A stretch of 64,000 bases of DNA, taken from contig OX597814.1 of NCBI GenBank assembly GCA_951406725.2, positions 61,008,001 to 61,072,000 of the forward strand. Reading direction: 5' to 3'. Position numbers and translations under genes: made by a program. The notes beneath the pieces were generated by a model. The model did no database searches and was not told the origin of the DNA. It worked only from the letters and a program-made list of their open reading frames with translations. This stretch comes from Octopus vulgaris. Lineage: Eukaryota. Of the stretch, positions 1 through 13,954 are shown piece by piece; position 1 is the stretch's first letter, and each line of letters opens with the position of its first letter.

Positions 1-94
1 TCACTGCTTTTTTCAGTCGTCTCTGCCCTTTATACATTGCTGGCACATGCTACCTCCTCTCAAAAATTAGCATCCTATTCATCTCTCCAAGGCA

Positions 95-300
95 ACAAAC
101 TGGCAGAACTGTTAGCATGCCAGGTGAAATGCTTAGTAGTATTTCGTCTGCCTTTACATTCTGAGTTCAAATTCCACCAAGGTGGACTTTACCTTTCGTC
201 CTTTCAGTGTTGAAAAATGAAGTACCAGTTGTGTATTGGGTCGATCTAATCGACTAACCCCCTCTACCAAAATTTTGGGCCTTGTGCCTAGAGTAGAAAA
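95..300 (+). mobile_element. SINE family A (tRNA-like head plus conserved gcctttcatcctttcggggtcgataaa core); many copies
   Basis: Same consensus at ~1540-1705, 9280-9645, 25650-25840, 31430-31870, 33243-33447, 50805-51010, 52440-53105, 58690-58850 and 61800-62030. The core resembles the Meta-type SINE domain (from memory, unverified). Confidence 0.75.
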
Positions 301-2330
301 GATCCTATTCATGTTTCCCCCTTTCATCATTTTCGTTTTTTATGCAACCTCTCTGGTGCTGCACTAATCCTTATGCCCAGGCATTCCTTCCCAGTATGCC
401 ATCCCTCTGGAATCCCCACACACACACACACCTGTTCATGCTTTGCTTGAAGATGTTGACTTACAAAGCAGTGATTCTCAACCAAGACTTTGTTGTTAAA
501 ATTTATCTGCAATAAATTTTAACAACAAAATAAATTTGTTATACTTCTACAATATCTTTTATCTTTTATCTCTTACTTGTTTCAATCATTAGACTGTGGC
601 CATCTCCTTGAATAATTTGTAGCCGTACAAATCACCCCAGTACTTACTTTTAAGCCTGATACTTATTCTATTGGTCTCTTTGCCAAACTACTAAGTTACA
701 GGGATGTAAACAAACCATCAATGGTTGCCAAGTGGGGATGGGAGACAAAAGCAGACACAAACACACACATATATACACATACACACGGTAGGCTTCCATC
801 TACCGAATCCACTAACAAGACTTTGATTGACCCAAGGCTATAGAAGAAAACACTTGCCCAAGGTGGAACAGAACCCTTAACCATGTGGTTGGGAAGCTAG
901 CTTCTTACCACACAGCCATACCTGCACCTAAAATACATGAAATATTTTCAGAATATTTTTTATCTAATTTCTTAATAATGTTTAATTATTAAAAAAATCT
1001 ACAATAGGATATTTTTAAACATCAAATGGCTCTGGGGATCCATCTGAGTAAAACAGGAATCAAAGAGGTCTATAGGAAAAAAATGGTTGAAAAGCACTGT
1101 GCTTAAGGGAACAGTAGTGACATAAATTTCCCTGTTCTTCGAAAACCTGTTAAAGCCAAAGGTACTGCTTCCTTTTTCCAGAGACAAGTGCAAACAAAGC
1201 AGAAAGCAAGTGAAAAAGTATGATCACTCTGAAGTGGTTTCCCATTCTGAAGATTAGAAAGCAGGAGTTGAACTCAGCACTGTTTTAAGGCCTCCATCAG
1301 CCAGAGTTAAACATGTATGTGCTCCAGTATGTGCAGGTCTGGGGCAAAGTTTATTTTGTATTATACTAGCAGTGGCTGATGCATGCAAAATTCTCTTCTC
1401 CATGCCACTAATGTTGTCCAAGAGAACGGCTAAACAAAGTCCAATAATAGACTTCAATGCTGTCACAGGCATTGCTGTCAGAATTTCAAAGAAGGGATAG
1501 AACAAGTACCACAAGATGTACCATCTATTTCTCTAAACTCTGCTGCCAGTCCATCAGCTTGGGCTCATAGTTTTTCTACCAACTCCAAAAGGATGAAGGG
1601 CAAAGTTGACCTTGGTTGTATTTGAACATAAAGCTCAGAGAGTTGGAACAATTACCATAAGGCATTTTATCCAATGCTGGAGTCACTCAGTTAATTCAGC
1701 ACCTTAACACTACAAGCTAACAAATACAGGAAATTCAACAATAAGGATGAGGTTGAAAGCAGGTGCAGGGATATTTTGTCTCAAAACCAGTCACATGGTA
1801 TAAGCATGGAATTGAGCTTCTGGCATAACAACGGTAACAAACAATACAATATGATGGGATATATTCTGATGAATAAATGCTTTTTATATGTAATTTGTTT
1901 GAACTATTAATTAAAGCTTAAAATATGAAACAAAATTTGACTCATCCTGGTATATACATATATATAGACTGATAGATAAATAGATAGACAGACAGATATC
2001 ATGAGGACCTTTCAGGTTTTGTATACCAAATCCACACACAAAGTTTATTATTGAGAACTTGTATATTTGGAGATTGTCATTCATTGTATAAATAGGAATG
2101 TAATATCGGTCACTTAATGTGGTAGTCATGGTAAAGAAATTATATGCTACAAATGGTAATGTTGAACTGGAAAAATTTGAAAAATGAGAATTAGATAGAA
2201 GTAAATAAAACCAAAACCATTTTGACATCTAAAGTACATAGTATGGGTGATGGCTGGTTTTGTGATATTCAACTTAAAAGGTTCTTACTCACTACGTTAA
2301 GAATATTGAGAATATTAGCACTGTCTTTAA

Positions 2331-2385
<55 letters not shown>

Positions 2386-2755
2386 CAGAGAATCCACACA
2401 ATGTATTTTAAACCTGTTTGTGCATGTGTATGTACACACACACACACACACACACTTGCTCTCACACACACATATACACATCTACAGAAATACTAGGTCA
2501 GTTTTACCTTTTAGTCATTTGGTATGCATAAAAAAATAGTATTAGTTGAAGCTAGTGGATAGACAAGATTGTTAGAGTATCTGAGGGGATGCCTGGCATT
2601 ATCTGTTCTGGTTCTGTGTATCTTGAGTTCAAATCATGCCTCTTTGCTGAAAAACAGTAACATTTAGTCACAAATTGTAGCCAACTAATAGTATCTGCAA
2701 TTTAAGAAATAGCAATGCGTATAAAGTGTCCTTGGTTCAATCAGAAGTTTGACTA

Positions 2756-2812
<57 letters not shown>

Positions 2813-3198
2813 CAGATAGTAGAGTTACAGGTTGGAATAACCATCTAAGGGATAAAAATATACTTTACTACCAGCGTAATTACCTATATTAACCCTGGAC
2901 ATAGACATGCAAGCATATTATGCTCATAGGTTACAGGCAATGACAAAGATAAACATGAGTTTATCAGGAATCAAATTTGTGTGTGTGTGTGCATGCATTC
3001 ATACTTACACATTATGAATGCATATGTATGTGTGTGTGTGTGTATGTATATATATATAGAGAGAGAGAGGGGGGAGAGAGAGAGAAAGATAGATATAGAT
3101 ACATAACTACAGTGAATTTGCCTTTAGAAGTTGAAATATGTCACAAACATATTTTAACTAACCTAAGTTTTGCATGTGTGTGTGTATGTATGCATATG

Positions 3199-3247
<49 letters not shown>

Positions 3248-3271
3248 TTATATATAGTGTATGTGTGTGTT

Positions 3272-3312
<41 letters not shown>

Positions 3313-3314
3313 AC

Positions 3315-6300
3315 ATGATATAAAGCAGAAATCTAATAGAAGCAAATACAGACTTAAATCTTCTAAAAATCCACCACCTATTTCGGAATTGGAAGTCTTT
3401 GAAAAAGACCTTTTTCAAGCTTATTAGAAAAATTAAATTCTGCAAATTCAACAACCAACTCCAGAGAGCTATGAATGAAAGAACTTGGATAAGATCTTTG
3501 TAAACTCCGATAAGACAAGAAACTTTTACGCGGTTGACAAAGATGTTTATAAATATCTACTTTAGAACAGTATTACAGACACCTACAAAAAAAGATAGCA
3601 CAAACTTCTATAAAGAGGTGAATTTGGAGGCAAGAAGAATTGCTAACAACCTTAAAGTTAGTGATAGGATAGAATATCTCATTCCACACCAACCCTTTAT
3701 TACCCTAAAAGACCACAAAGGTAATTTCAATAGAAACCCTAAATACAGACTAATTAACCCAGGTAAAACTGAAATAGGTATTTTTAGCAAATATATTTTA
3801 GATCGTATTTTAAGCAAGTTAAATAGTGAATTAAATTTACGGGTTTGGGGGAATAGCAAGTCAGTGATAGATTGGTTCAAAGGGATTAGCCATAAGCATA
3901 ACTGCAAATTTACGCAGTTTGATGTTGTCAATTTTTACCTGTCAATATCTAAGCCTGTGCTTCTAAAACCATTAGATTTTGCCAAACAATATGTCACCAT
4001 CGATAACTCAGAAATAGTTATTATCCTGCATGCAAAGAAATCCCTTCTTTTTTTATGTGGATTCCACATGGGGCAAAAAGAGTGAGTATTCTCTTTTTGA
4101 TGTACCAATGGGAGCATATGATGGGGCAGAGATATATATATGCTCATAGGAGCTTATATTTTGCATAATCTGCATCTAGAATTCCCTTTTATTAATGCAG
4201 GATTATACAGGGATGATGGTCTTATAGTCACCCATAATTTAAATGTCCATGAGTTAGATAAACTTATGAAAAATCTGATTACTTTTTTCCAAAGAATGGG
4301 CTTACAGATTACAATAGAAAGTAACCTTAAAAGCATAGATTTACAATTAGATAAATTTAAACCCTACCGTAAGCCCAATGGAAAGCTATGTTATATTAGC
4401 AAAGAATCTAATCATCCATCCATAATTCTTAAGAACCTAGTTAGTAATGGAGGAAGGTGAATATCATCAATTACTTTGGATGAGACAGCATTCCAAAATG
4501 TTGCGCCATATTATAATAATGCAATAAGGAAAAGTGGATTTTTGGAGAAGATCCAATATAGTCAAGTTAATTCTAGCAATAATAGACAACATAGAACTAG
4601 AACTAGGAAAGTTTTGTGGTTTAACCCTGCATTTAATATTGCTGTAAAAACTAATATAGGTAGGGAATTCTTAAAATTAGTTCCTAAGCATTTTCAATCT
4701 AGCCATAAGTTCTATAGAATATTTAACAGGAGAACACTGAAGGTTAGCTATTCTTGTCGCAAAAACTTTGCCTCTTTTATTAGCCAACATAACATGAAAA
4801 TTATTACAGACAACTACAGTACTGAATTTAATCTGAGGAACTGCAACTGCAAAGATGAAACTGTTGGAAGGAAAATGTCTTGAAAAAGGTATTATTTATA
4901 GAGCCAAAGTGCAAGTAGATGGCTCACAAGAATATAAAACATATACAGGGGCTTCTGAAAATTCATTCAATACTCGATTCTATTCCCACCAAAATTCTTT
5001 CTAATACCCTGAGAACAGGACAGCGATTAGTCTTGAAAAGCATGTCTGGGAATTGAAAGAGAATAACACCCATCCTTTCAATGTAACCTGGGAAATTCTA
5101 GAAAAAGTATCAGCATAGAGACATGGAATTTATAAAAGACCTATGAAATGTAATCTTTGCCTTTCAGAAAAGTTCTTCATCCTGTTCTAGGATAAAATTG
5201 CTTTGAACCAGAGATGCGAGCTCTTAAATTCCTGCAGGCACGCTGCAAAGTTTAAAATGTCAACCAACAAAATACCGTAAGGGTAAAATGTTTTGACTTT
5301 CGAAATATTTTTTGACTGTCGCATTTGAATTTGACTTTACACAGTATAGTTATTTTGCATTACAATGTTAGAATCTTAGTGTATATTTCGACTTCATTTT
5401 TAAGAAAGCCTTTGACTGTTTTACAAATTTAAGTTTAAGCTTCGCCGAGGTTTATTTTTATTGTTTACTCACATATTTAATTATGTTGTATCAAATTAAT
5501 GTACAATTTCCTTAGTTTTACATTTTAATATTATGTACACCGGACAGTTTTTTAAATTGCTTGCATATATACGTTATGATGTATACATTTATCTTGATGT
5601 GAAGATATGTCTCTATTTATGTGTATGTATGTATTGTAGGTATGTATATGTATGTATTTGTGTATGCATATATGTGTGTGTATGTGTATATATATAAATA
5701 TATGTATATATTTATATACATTTATATATGCATACATATATAAATGTGTATGTATATGTGTGTATATTTTTATATATGTGGGCATGTATTTGCGTACATA
5801 TTTTCATATATTTGTATATGTATTTATATGTGTGTTTATTTGTATGTATGTTTGTACTTATATAGATATACATGTAATTTTATGTGTTCATTTTTATGTG
5901 TTCATTGCGCAAGCTATACAGAGTATCTAATCATCCTTAGATACATTCAAACGCCATGATGTTACACTTTCTACCCCTATCTATTTTCTTCCCTTTCTCT
6001 CCCTAATTTTCTGTTTCTCTTTCTTTTACTGCTTTTTCTTCTTTTCCACTGTTTTCTTCCCCACCCCCCCTACTTAATATTTTCTGATTTTTTTCCTTCT
6101 CTTTCTTTCACCTGTAACAACTAACTTGTATAAGCATACGCCAGGAGATTTTGTGTGTGTGCATGCATACATATATATATATAAATGCATTTATAATAAG
6201 ATGATTTTATACCAAAATTTGTTCATTGCATGCAACCAGTCATTGAAAAGACCATTAATTGAAAGGACCAATGAAATAAAACCATTTTCAAATGTGTATC

Positions 6301-6430
6301 TATTAAACTAATTGTATATTTTTGCTTATAACTTTATTTTGGTTCTGTTCTAAACAGAACTGTCTGACGAACAGGCATGTGAAACTCTGAGTAACAGTTT
6401 TTGCAATATTTTTGCTGCTTTTTAATAAAG
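3315..6430 (+). mobile_element. Penelope-like retroelement, 5'-truncated and frameshifted (RT + GIY-YIG + 3' pseudo-LTR)
   Basis: ORF pieces: RLINPGKTEIG, FDVVNFYLSI, GLYRDDGL (RT), KVLWFNPAF, NCNCK, then GIIYRAKV...TYTGASENSFNTRFYSH (GIY-YIG). The coding part ends near 5280. The 3' non-coding part carries a hammerhead and AATAAA, followed by (TA)n. Confidence 0.88.
6358..6399 (+). ncRNA. Minimal type-I hammerhead ribozyme, intact core
   Basis: aactgt-CTGACGA-aca[ggca]tgt-GAAAC-tctga-GTA-acagtt. Stem I aactgt/acagtt; stem II aca/tgt with GGCA tetraloop; stem III ACTC/GAGT; GUA cleavage triplet at 6391-6393. Confidence 0.88.
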
Positions 6431-7399
6431 TATATATATATATATACACACATACACACACACACCCTTGACTTGCTGTAAAATGGGAAAGTAGCAGATC
6501 TAGATGAAATCACACCCAAAGCACTTGAAGAAGATATCTACATCTACTGACCCCCTTCTGTACTGAGGGGGTGGAGTATGAGCACAAGGCAGAGTGCTCC
6601 ATTATTGCCCAACTTTTCTTTGACGCCCCCCCCCCTGGAATTTCCACTGCCCCCATTTTTGGAACCACCGCTTTTGAGGAACCCCATTTTGGCCACTTGT
6701 ATTTGCAGTCATACTTTTTCGATTATTACCCAGCATTCATGATCATAGGTGAGGATAGGCACAAAACCAAATTGAAGATAGCATGCTTGGCTTTTTTATC
6801 CTCTCAAATGCTGGAACTGGCGCATTAATCTAGCATCTAGTTCAGCCTCCTACCTCTCATCACGCATGAATATGGCCCCATCCACTTGCCTTGTAGATGT
6901 TTCCACTAACATGCAAACTGCACTGGGAAGATTTCCTTGAGAGGACCAATGTCTCAGTGTTTTCAACTCTTCATTGTTTCTCTTGTTTCCCAACTTGTCA
7001 AACAGGAGTAACTATAACATCCAGCACATTTTCTTTTTCAACAAACCATTTCTGTTGACTTTTACTCCAAGCAGCTATGAGAATCTTGGCAGCTGTGTTG
7101 TTAAGTTCTTGTAATTAAATGTAAGATATACATGCATACATATGTATATTTATGTGCATGCAAGTAGGTGTGCATAAGTATGTATGTTTTTTTGTGTGTA
7201 TGTGTGTGTGTATAAAGTGCTAATCTAGGAACAAAAGAGAAGAGGTTCTCCCAAAGTACCTTATATCTGTCTTTCCAGGTGACTATTTTCAAGGTTTTGT
7301 TTTCTTTCTGTCTTATAGTGGAGATCATAAATGTTTTTATGTGATATAAAATCTTAACCGTTATTGTACAATATAATGTGTAATTATATATATTTACAT

Positions 7400-7433
<34 letters not shown>

Positions 7434-7809
7434 TTTATTTACAAGCAAAGTGAAACTCAGTTGGAATTGCTACTTGGAATGTAAAGAGTTGTACAAAGTA
7501 TTGCAAAACTGAGAGAAGCTTGTTGTTGTGTGTGTGCACACATATGTGTACACACGTGGGTGAGAAAGAGAGAGAGTGAGGGAACTGTATGAGTATAAAT
7601 GTGTCTGTGAAGTAAGAAACGTGTGTGTATATGTACTGCTTGTATATATGTGTGCAATCACTTTGAATGTGTTTTTTGTATGACCGCACATATAGACTAT
7701 GTGCGTGTGTTTGTACTGTGTCTGTGTGTGTGTATGATATAGGGAGATAGATAGATAGATAGATATGTGTATATAGATAGATATGTATGTATATAAATAT
7801 ATATATATA

Positions 7810-7983
7810 TTTAATAGAGGTCACAAAAGTGACAGAGGGTACTGACCAGCACCAGCTATTGCTAGAAACAAGAGTTAAAACAATCAAAAGCACTGTCTTA
7901 ATGACTGACAAGTGCTTTTGTGGATTTTGAATTAACTCTTATTTCTAGCAATAGCTGGTGCTGGTCAGTACCCTCTATTAAAT
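7810..7983. repeat. Fold-back inverted repeat between (TA)n tracts
   Basis: gagggtactgaccagcaccagctattgctagaaacaagagttaa versus ttaactcttatttctagcaatagctggtgctggtcagtaccctc. Unique tail at ~7984-8028 on the right. Confidence 0.9.
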
Positions 7984-10420
7984 TTGCCTTTAGGTTCAAA
8001 TTGCTAATAAGCCACCTGTTTAATTTGTTATATATATATATGTATATGTGTGTGTGTGTGTGTGTGCATTTATATATATCGTTGCTATTATGCAAAAGTG
8101 TCATAAGTCCTAAACGTTACTTTTTCAGAAAATGAAAAAATAGTTTTACCATTCCATAGCAAAACTGTTCTACACTTTGAGAATTTGTGATATCTTGGCA
8201 TCTGAAGCAGCTGGAGATATAGTTTGAACAAAAGAACCAGCTATTGCAAGCAAAAATAAATATTGGAAAGTACACATTTGACCAAATTTGGAGATTTGAC
8301 AGTTTAACAGAATAGCAACTGTGTGTGTGTGTGTGTGTGTATACATATATATGTAATACTAACCAGTCGTGAAACTCCGAAGTCACTTTCAATTCATTTA
8401 TTAATAAGATGTGAATACTTTAATGAGTATTTTCTTCAGTTAATAATGTTTGCAATTTTTATACTTGCTAAATCATCCTTTCATTATGTGTGTGTGTGTT
8501 TATATAAATGTTTATATGTACACACATATATACATAATATACATAGGGAGTGGGGTGTAATCCAGGTAATTAATTAATAAACAAGTGGGACATGTAGAGA
8601 TGAATGGCACCTTTCACTTGAGTAATTTTTTAAAGAAAGTCGAACATCGAAAACATGCTGCTGTGACCTGATTGAATCCAGTTCAATATAAAATCAAATT
8701 GCAAATGAGAATTCACCGCCGTCATAGTAATGTGCAGCATGGCATAAACCGAAGGAAGCAGTATTGGCAAAGCAATGGGGCCAAGATAGAAAGTGGTGGG
8801 GAATGGCTGGTAATAAATAAATTTATTTATTATTTTTTTTCTCTCGGAGGTAAAGGGAGCATTGCAGAATCCTTGCTGAATCAAAAGACATACACTTTGA
8901 ACTTAAGATGCAGAGCTGTAAGCAGCTTGATGGTATCTGTTACGGTCGGCTGATATATCATATAGGTTGTGTTTGATATATCAAGTTACTGATCAATACT
9001 AAAGTGTGTTTGGTGTTTGTAGGTCTGTTGTGCGTGACAGTCAAAAAACGGTTCCGCAATTAGATAAGTACTTCCCTTGTTGCTGCTCTTGCTATTGCTC
9101 ACTTGCTTAGTTCGTTTATAATTAAGAATTAGGGGAAAGAGTGATAGAGAAAGAGAGAGAGAGAGAGAGGGTGAGGAGAAAACTAATAACTATAACTCCT
9201 ACTACTACTGATGATGCTATAGCAATAATAACTACTAGTGCAGCTAGCACTACTACTAGTGATTTGGTTTCAAATTTTGTCACAAGGCCAGCAATTTCAG
9301 GGAAGTGGAAAAATCGATTACATTAACTTCCAGTGTTCAACTGATAATTATTTTATCAACCCCGAAAGGATGAAAGGCAAAGTCAACCTCAGCAAAATTT
9401 TAACTCAGAATGTAAAGACAGATGAAATGCTGGTTTCCAGTTTGGGCACAAGGCTAGCACTTTCAGGGGAGGAGTAAGTCGATTATATCGACCCCAGTGC
9501 TCAACTGATACTCGTTTTATTGACCCTGAAAGGATGAAAGGCAAAGTCAACCTCAGCAGAATTTGAACTCAGAATGTAAAGATGGATGAAGTACTGCCAA
9601 GCATTTTGCCCGGCATGTTAATGATTCTGCCACATCACCACCTTACTACTACTACTAATAATAATAATTTTACTTTGACTTTTAATCCCTCCAGGATTAA
9701 TGCAATATGAAGGGCATCCAGCTGTAGAAACTCTGCCAGATCAGATTGTAGTCTGGTGCACCAGACCTCAATCAAATCGTCCAGCCCATGCTAGCATGGA
9801 AAGCGGACATTAAACGATGATGATGATGATGTATCAGTCATTTAGTTTGGAGTGGAAGGAATGAGTCAACTGACTATACTCATTTCGCCTCTTACTTCCT
9901 TGCCTTGCCAATGTAAGAATTTGTTCTTTCAACCCATACAAGTATGAAATCTTGACGTTAAATGATGATGATTTTATATACATGAAGGGTAAAGGGTAAA
10001 GGGTAAGGATAAAGATACTCTTCAGTCATGAATGACCATGGGATTGCACCTAGAAAGTTACCCTCTCGGGCACAAGTCCGGGCAAGGTTGTTTGTTGAAG
10101 ATCAGCTGTCGTTCATGCATATCAGCCTCCCCTCTCCACGCCACTGATGTTATCCAAGGGAACGGCAACGGCCGATACAGCTTGGCACCAGTGAATGTTG
10201 CAACTCATTTCTACAGCTGAGTAAACAGGAGCAACGTGAAATAAAGCGTCTTGCTCAAGAACACAACACACAGCCCAATCTGGGCATTGAACTAATTATT
10301 TCATGACTGTGAACTCAATGCTTTTATCACTGAACCATACACCTTCATACATAAATACATACTTTGTATTTGTATCTGGTCTGCAAGATTCTTTATGTAG
10401 ATTTGTGTGTTGAAACAAAC

Positions 10421-10655
10421 TTTGTTGTATCTAGGGAAAGTCATTATGCCAATATAATTAACACACACACTGGTTCAATTCCACTCGTTTATTAGATATC
10501 TAATTATTTTGTTTATCAAAGCACTGAAGTAACGATGAAAGAACTTAGGCAAACAAAAACTAAACAACTGGATATTTAACCAATTGACTAATAATAAAGT
10601 GGAATTGTGTGTGTGTTAATTATATTGGTATAATGACTCTCCCAAGACAAAACAT
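10421..10655. repeat. Diverged inverted repeat (~75 bp arms)
   Basis: agtcattatgccaatataattaacacacacac...caattccact versus agtggaattgtgtgtgtgttaattatattggtataatgact. Confidence 0.8.
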
Positions 10656-10997
10656 AAATGCATACCAACCGATGCCAGCATGGAAGGCAGATGTTAATTG
10701 ATGATGATGGTGGTGGTGATGATGATGATGATATATTTTTTTTTATTTTGTTTGAATATTCACATTTGTATCATATTTGTTTTTGTCACTGTCCCCAACA
10801 TTCATTTGCTATTCCCAGCAGCTTCTCGCAGCTGATGCCACCAAAAGTGAACAATATCATTATTAAAAGTGTGAAATTGTAAAAATATTTTGGACAATAA
10901 CTGATGAGGAATTAGCAATGTCCTGTCTTATGTGTGAATTTTTCATTTATTCCTTTATGTTGCTGTTTAAATTTTGGAACTTATTACATATGTATAT

Positions 10998-11041
<44 letters not shown>

Positions 11042-11619
11042 ATATACATGTATATATGTATATATACATGTACATATATATATATGTATATATATATATA
11101 TGTATATATATATATACACACATACATATATATATACATACATATATATATATATACATACATATATATATATATATACATACATATATATATATATACA
11201 TGCATATATACATATATATACATACATATATATATACATATATATATATGTATATATACACACACATATATATGTATATATATGTATGTGTATATCTTCA
11301 AAAACGATATCGCCATTATCATTATCATTCCCAAATTCAAACTTCCTTCTTCTCCAAATCAGAGACTTCCGGTCAATCCATTCTAAAGGCACCTGGTCCC
11401 CCCACCCCTATCATTCTTCCTGATCACTGATGTTCACAGCAAGTCAATATTTTTTTCTCTCCCTATCTCGCACAACTTACATACATTTGCCGCTAATCGT
11501 TTTTAAATCTTTGAACTTATACACTAACAAGCTTGCCTTCCCTATCTTATTCCTTCTCTACGAAATTTAATCCCTTAAGGTACCCTCTATCTTTCTCTAC
11601 GAAGTTTAACTCGATCGCC

Positions 11620-12610
11620 CTTTCCCACCCCCACCACCAATACCGGTGAACACTGTTCACACCATCTACACCGGATATGCCCTCCTCCCTCCCCCACCAC
11701 CATTACGTGTCTCTCCCTCCTACCCCTCCTCCTCACATGCTTTCACTGTGTACTACACCTCCCCCGCAGCTCATCAACCGACCCACTGATCTTACGTCCC
11801 TCCTGTTTTGAATCTGTCACCGCCTCAACCGGCTATCTCCTTCCAGTCCCCCCCCTCGTGATATCCTACGTTTTTATCTCTTATGAACCTGTTCCAACCC
11901 CTCCCTGTCATCGTCCCTCCTTACCCCAACCTTCCCCGCTGGTGCTTCCCTATATTACCTTCACCCCCCCACTTTCTCTCCCTCTCTTCTCACTGGTGGA
12001 ACTTTTCTCAGTTGGACCCCCCAGACCCAGGAAGACATGGGATGAGGCAGTCAAGCATGACCTCAGAGCGTTGGGCCTCACTGAGGCAATGGCGAAGGAC
12101 CGAGATCTCTGGAGATATGCTGTGACTGCAAAGACCCGGGCTGCTTCCTGCATCAGTTCCGCATAGCCCCCTGCCCATTCAAAGTACCCCGGATCCCAGA
12201 TCGTCCCGCTGTGCTTGAGGAGACCTGTTGAGTCAAGTACATGAACACTCCGAACACCCCTCCCCACTGGTGCTCCCCTATATTTCTGCACCCCCCCCCA
12301 CATAAAAAAGCACCATCCGAACGTGGCCGATGCCAGCACCGCCCCAACTGGCTTCTGTGCAGGTGGCACATAAAAAGCACCAACCGACCGTGGCCGTTGC
12401 CGGACCCCTCTGGCACCTGTGCAGGTGGCACGTAAAAAGCACCCACTACACTCGCGGAGTGGTTGGCGTTAGGAAGGGCATCCAGCTGTAGAAACACTGC
12501 CAGACCAGACTGAGCCTGGGGCAGCCCCTGGCTCCCCAGACCCCGGTCGAAACCGTCCAACCCGTGCTAGCGCGGAAAACGGACGTTAAACGATGATGAT
12601 GATGATGATG
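11620..12610 (+). mobile_element. Non-autonomous RTE-tailed repeat, copy 1
   Basis: C-rich body, then RPRKTWDEAVKHDLRALGL (RTE C-terminus), then the RTE 3' UTR ending (gat)n. Confidence 0.72.
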
Positions 12611-12729
12611 ATATGTATATGTATATATATATGTATGTGTGTATGTATATGTATATATGTATATATATGTATGTATATGTATATATGTATATGTGTATAT
12701 GTATATATATATGTGTATGTGTATATATG

Positions 12730-12780
<51 letters not shown>

Positions 12781-13387
12781 ATGTATATATATATGTATAT
12801 ATATATATATATGTATGTGTATGTGTATATATATATATGTATATATATGTGTGTATATGTATATGTATGTGTGTATATATGTATATGTATATATATGTAT
12901 ATGTATATATATGTATATGTATGTATGTATATGTATATATGTATATGTATATATATATATGTATATGTATGTATATGTATGTATATGTATATATATATAT
13001 ATATATATGTATATGTATATATATATGTATGTGTGTATATGTATATATATATATGTATATATATATGTATATATATGTATGTATATATATGTATATGTAT
13101 GTATATATATGTATATATATGTATATGTATGTATATATATGTATATATATATATGTATATATATATATGTATATATATGTGTGTATATATATATATGTAT
13201 GTGTATGTATGTATATATATATATATGTATGTGTATGTATGTATATATATATATGTATATATATATGTATATATATATGTATATATATATATATATGTGT
13301 ATATATATATATGTATATATATATATGTATGTATGTGTGTATGTGTATATATGTATATGTATATGTGTATATGTATATATATATGTA
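12611..13387. repeat. ~780 bp compound (TA)/(TG) microsatellite
   Basis: Pure tatg/tata/tgtg mosaic. Similar tracts at 10989-11295, 5620-5900, 14558-14762 and 53410-53790. Confidence 0.95.
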
Positions 13388-13953
13388 TTTCCTCTTTTCA
13401 TTGTTTTTGCAAGCCTTATTATTGTATCCCCATATATTAGCGTTATCGTTGTCTTTCGTCTCAAATGCTAGCTGAAGCATAAAAACTTTCACTCACAAAA
13501 ACTTATTCACACCACCGCAAAGCATTTCATCTCAATCCTGTCTTCTTTCTGCCGCCTAAAACCTCATCTTCTCCCAATGCGCGGTGTCACTATGTCTCTC
13601 TCTCTCTCTCTCTCTCGCTATGTGGTGTCGGTTCTCCCTCTGTTTTCACTGTCTCTCTCTCTCTCTCTCTCAGTATATATCTCACCTTCACTCGCTTCCA
13701 CAGGCTTAGCCAATACTGCAGGATGAAAAACATCAGCTAAGTTCCCGACCTGTTTCCTCTTTTCATTGTTTTTGCAAGCCTTATTATTATTGTATCCCCA
13801 TATATTAGCGTTATCGTTGTCTTTCGTCTCAAATGCTAGCTGAAGCATAAAAACTTTCACTCACAAAAACTTATTCACACCACCGCAAAGCATTTCATCT
13901 CAATCCTGTCTTCTTTCTGCCGCCTAAAACCTCATCTTCTCCCAATGCGCGGT
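13388..13953. repeat. Near-identical ~200 bp direct repeat (13388-13585 and 13753-13953)
   Basis: Identical apart from one extra TAT unit. Confidence 0.93.
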
Positions 13954-13954
13954 A

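Noticed and set aside
7840-7880. CTGACCA...GAAAC hammerhead-like motif in the 7810-7983 inverted repeat
   Set aside because: G8 is replaced in both arms, there is no stem-I partner after the putative cleavage site, and it points inward unlike the real HHRs.
8200-8260. AAGDIV*TKEPAIAS, superficially like MLH1 exon 1 (AAGEVIQRPANA)
   Set aside because: In-frame stop, no upstream LDxxVVNRI and no suitable donor.
10895-10945. CTGATGA at 10901(+), and likewise at ~53917-53923(-)
   Set aside because: No correctly placed GAAAC, stem III or NUH; the heptamer alone is insufficient.
12446-13492. Long ORFs (up to 348 aa) rich in I/Y/H/T/V/C/M, and similar ones at 10918-11430, 14519-14845 and 53265-53892
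   Set aside because: Translations of (TA)/(TG) microsatellites that happen to lack stop codons; not genes.
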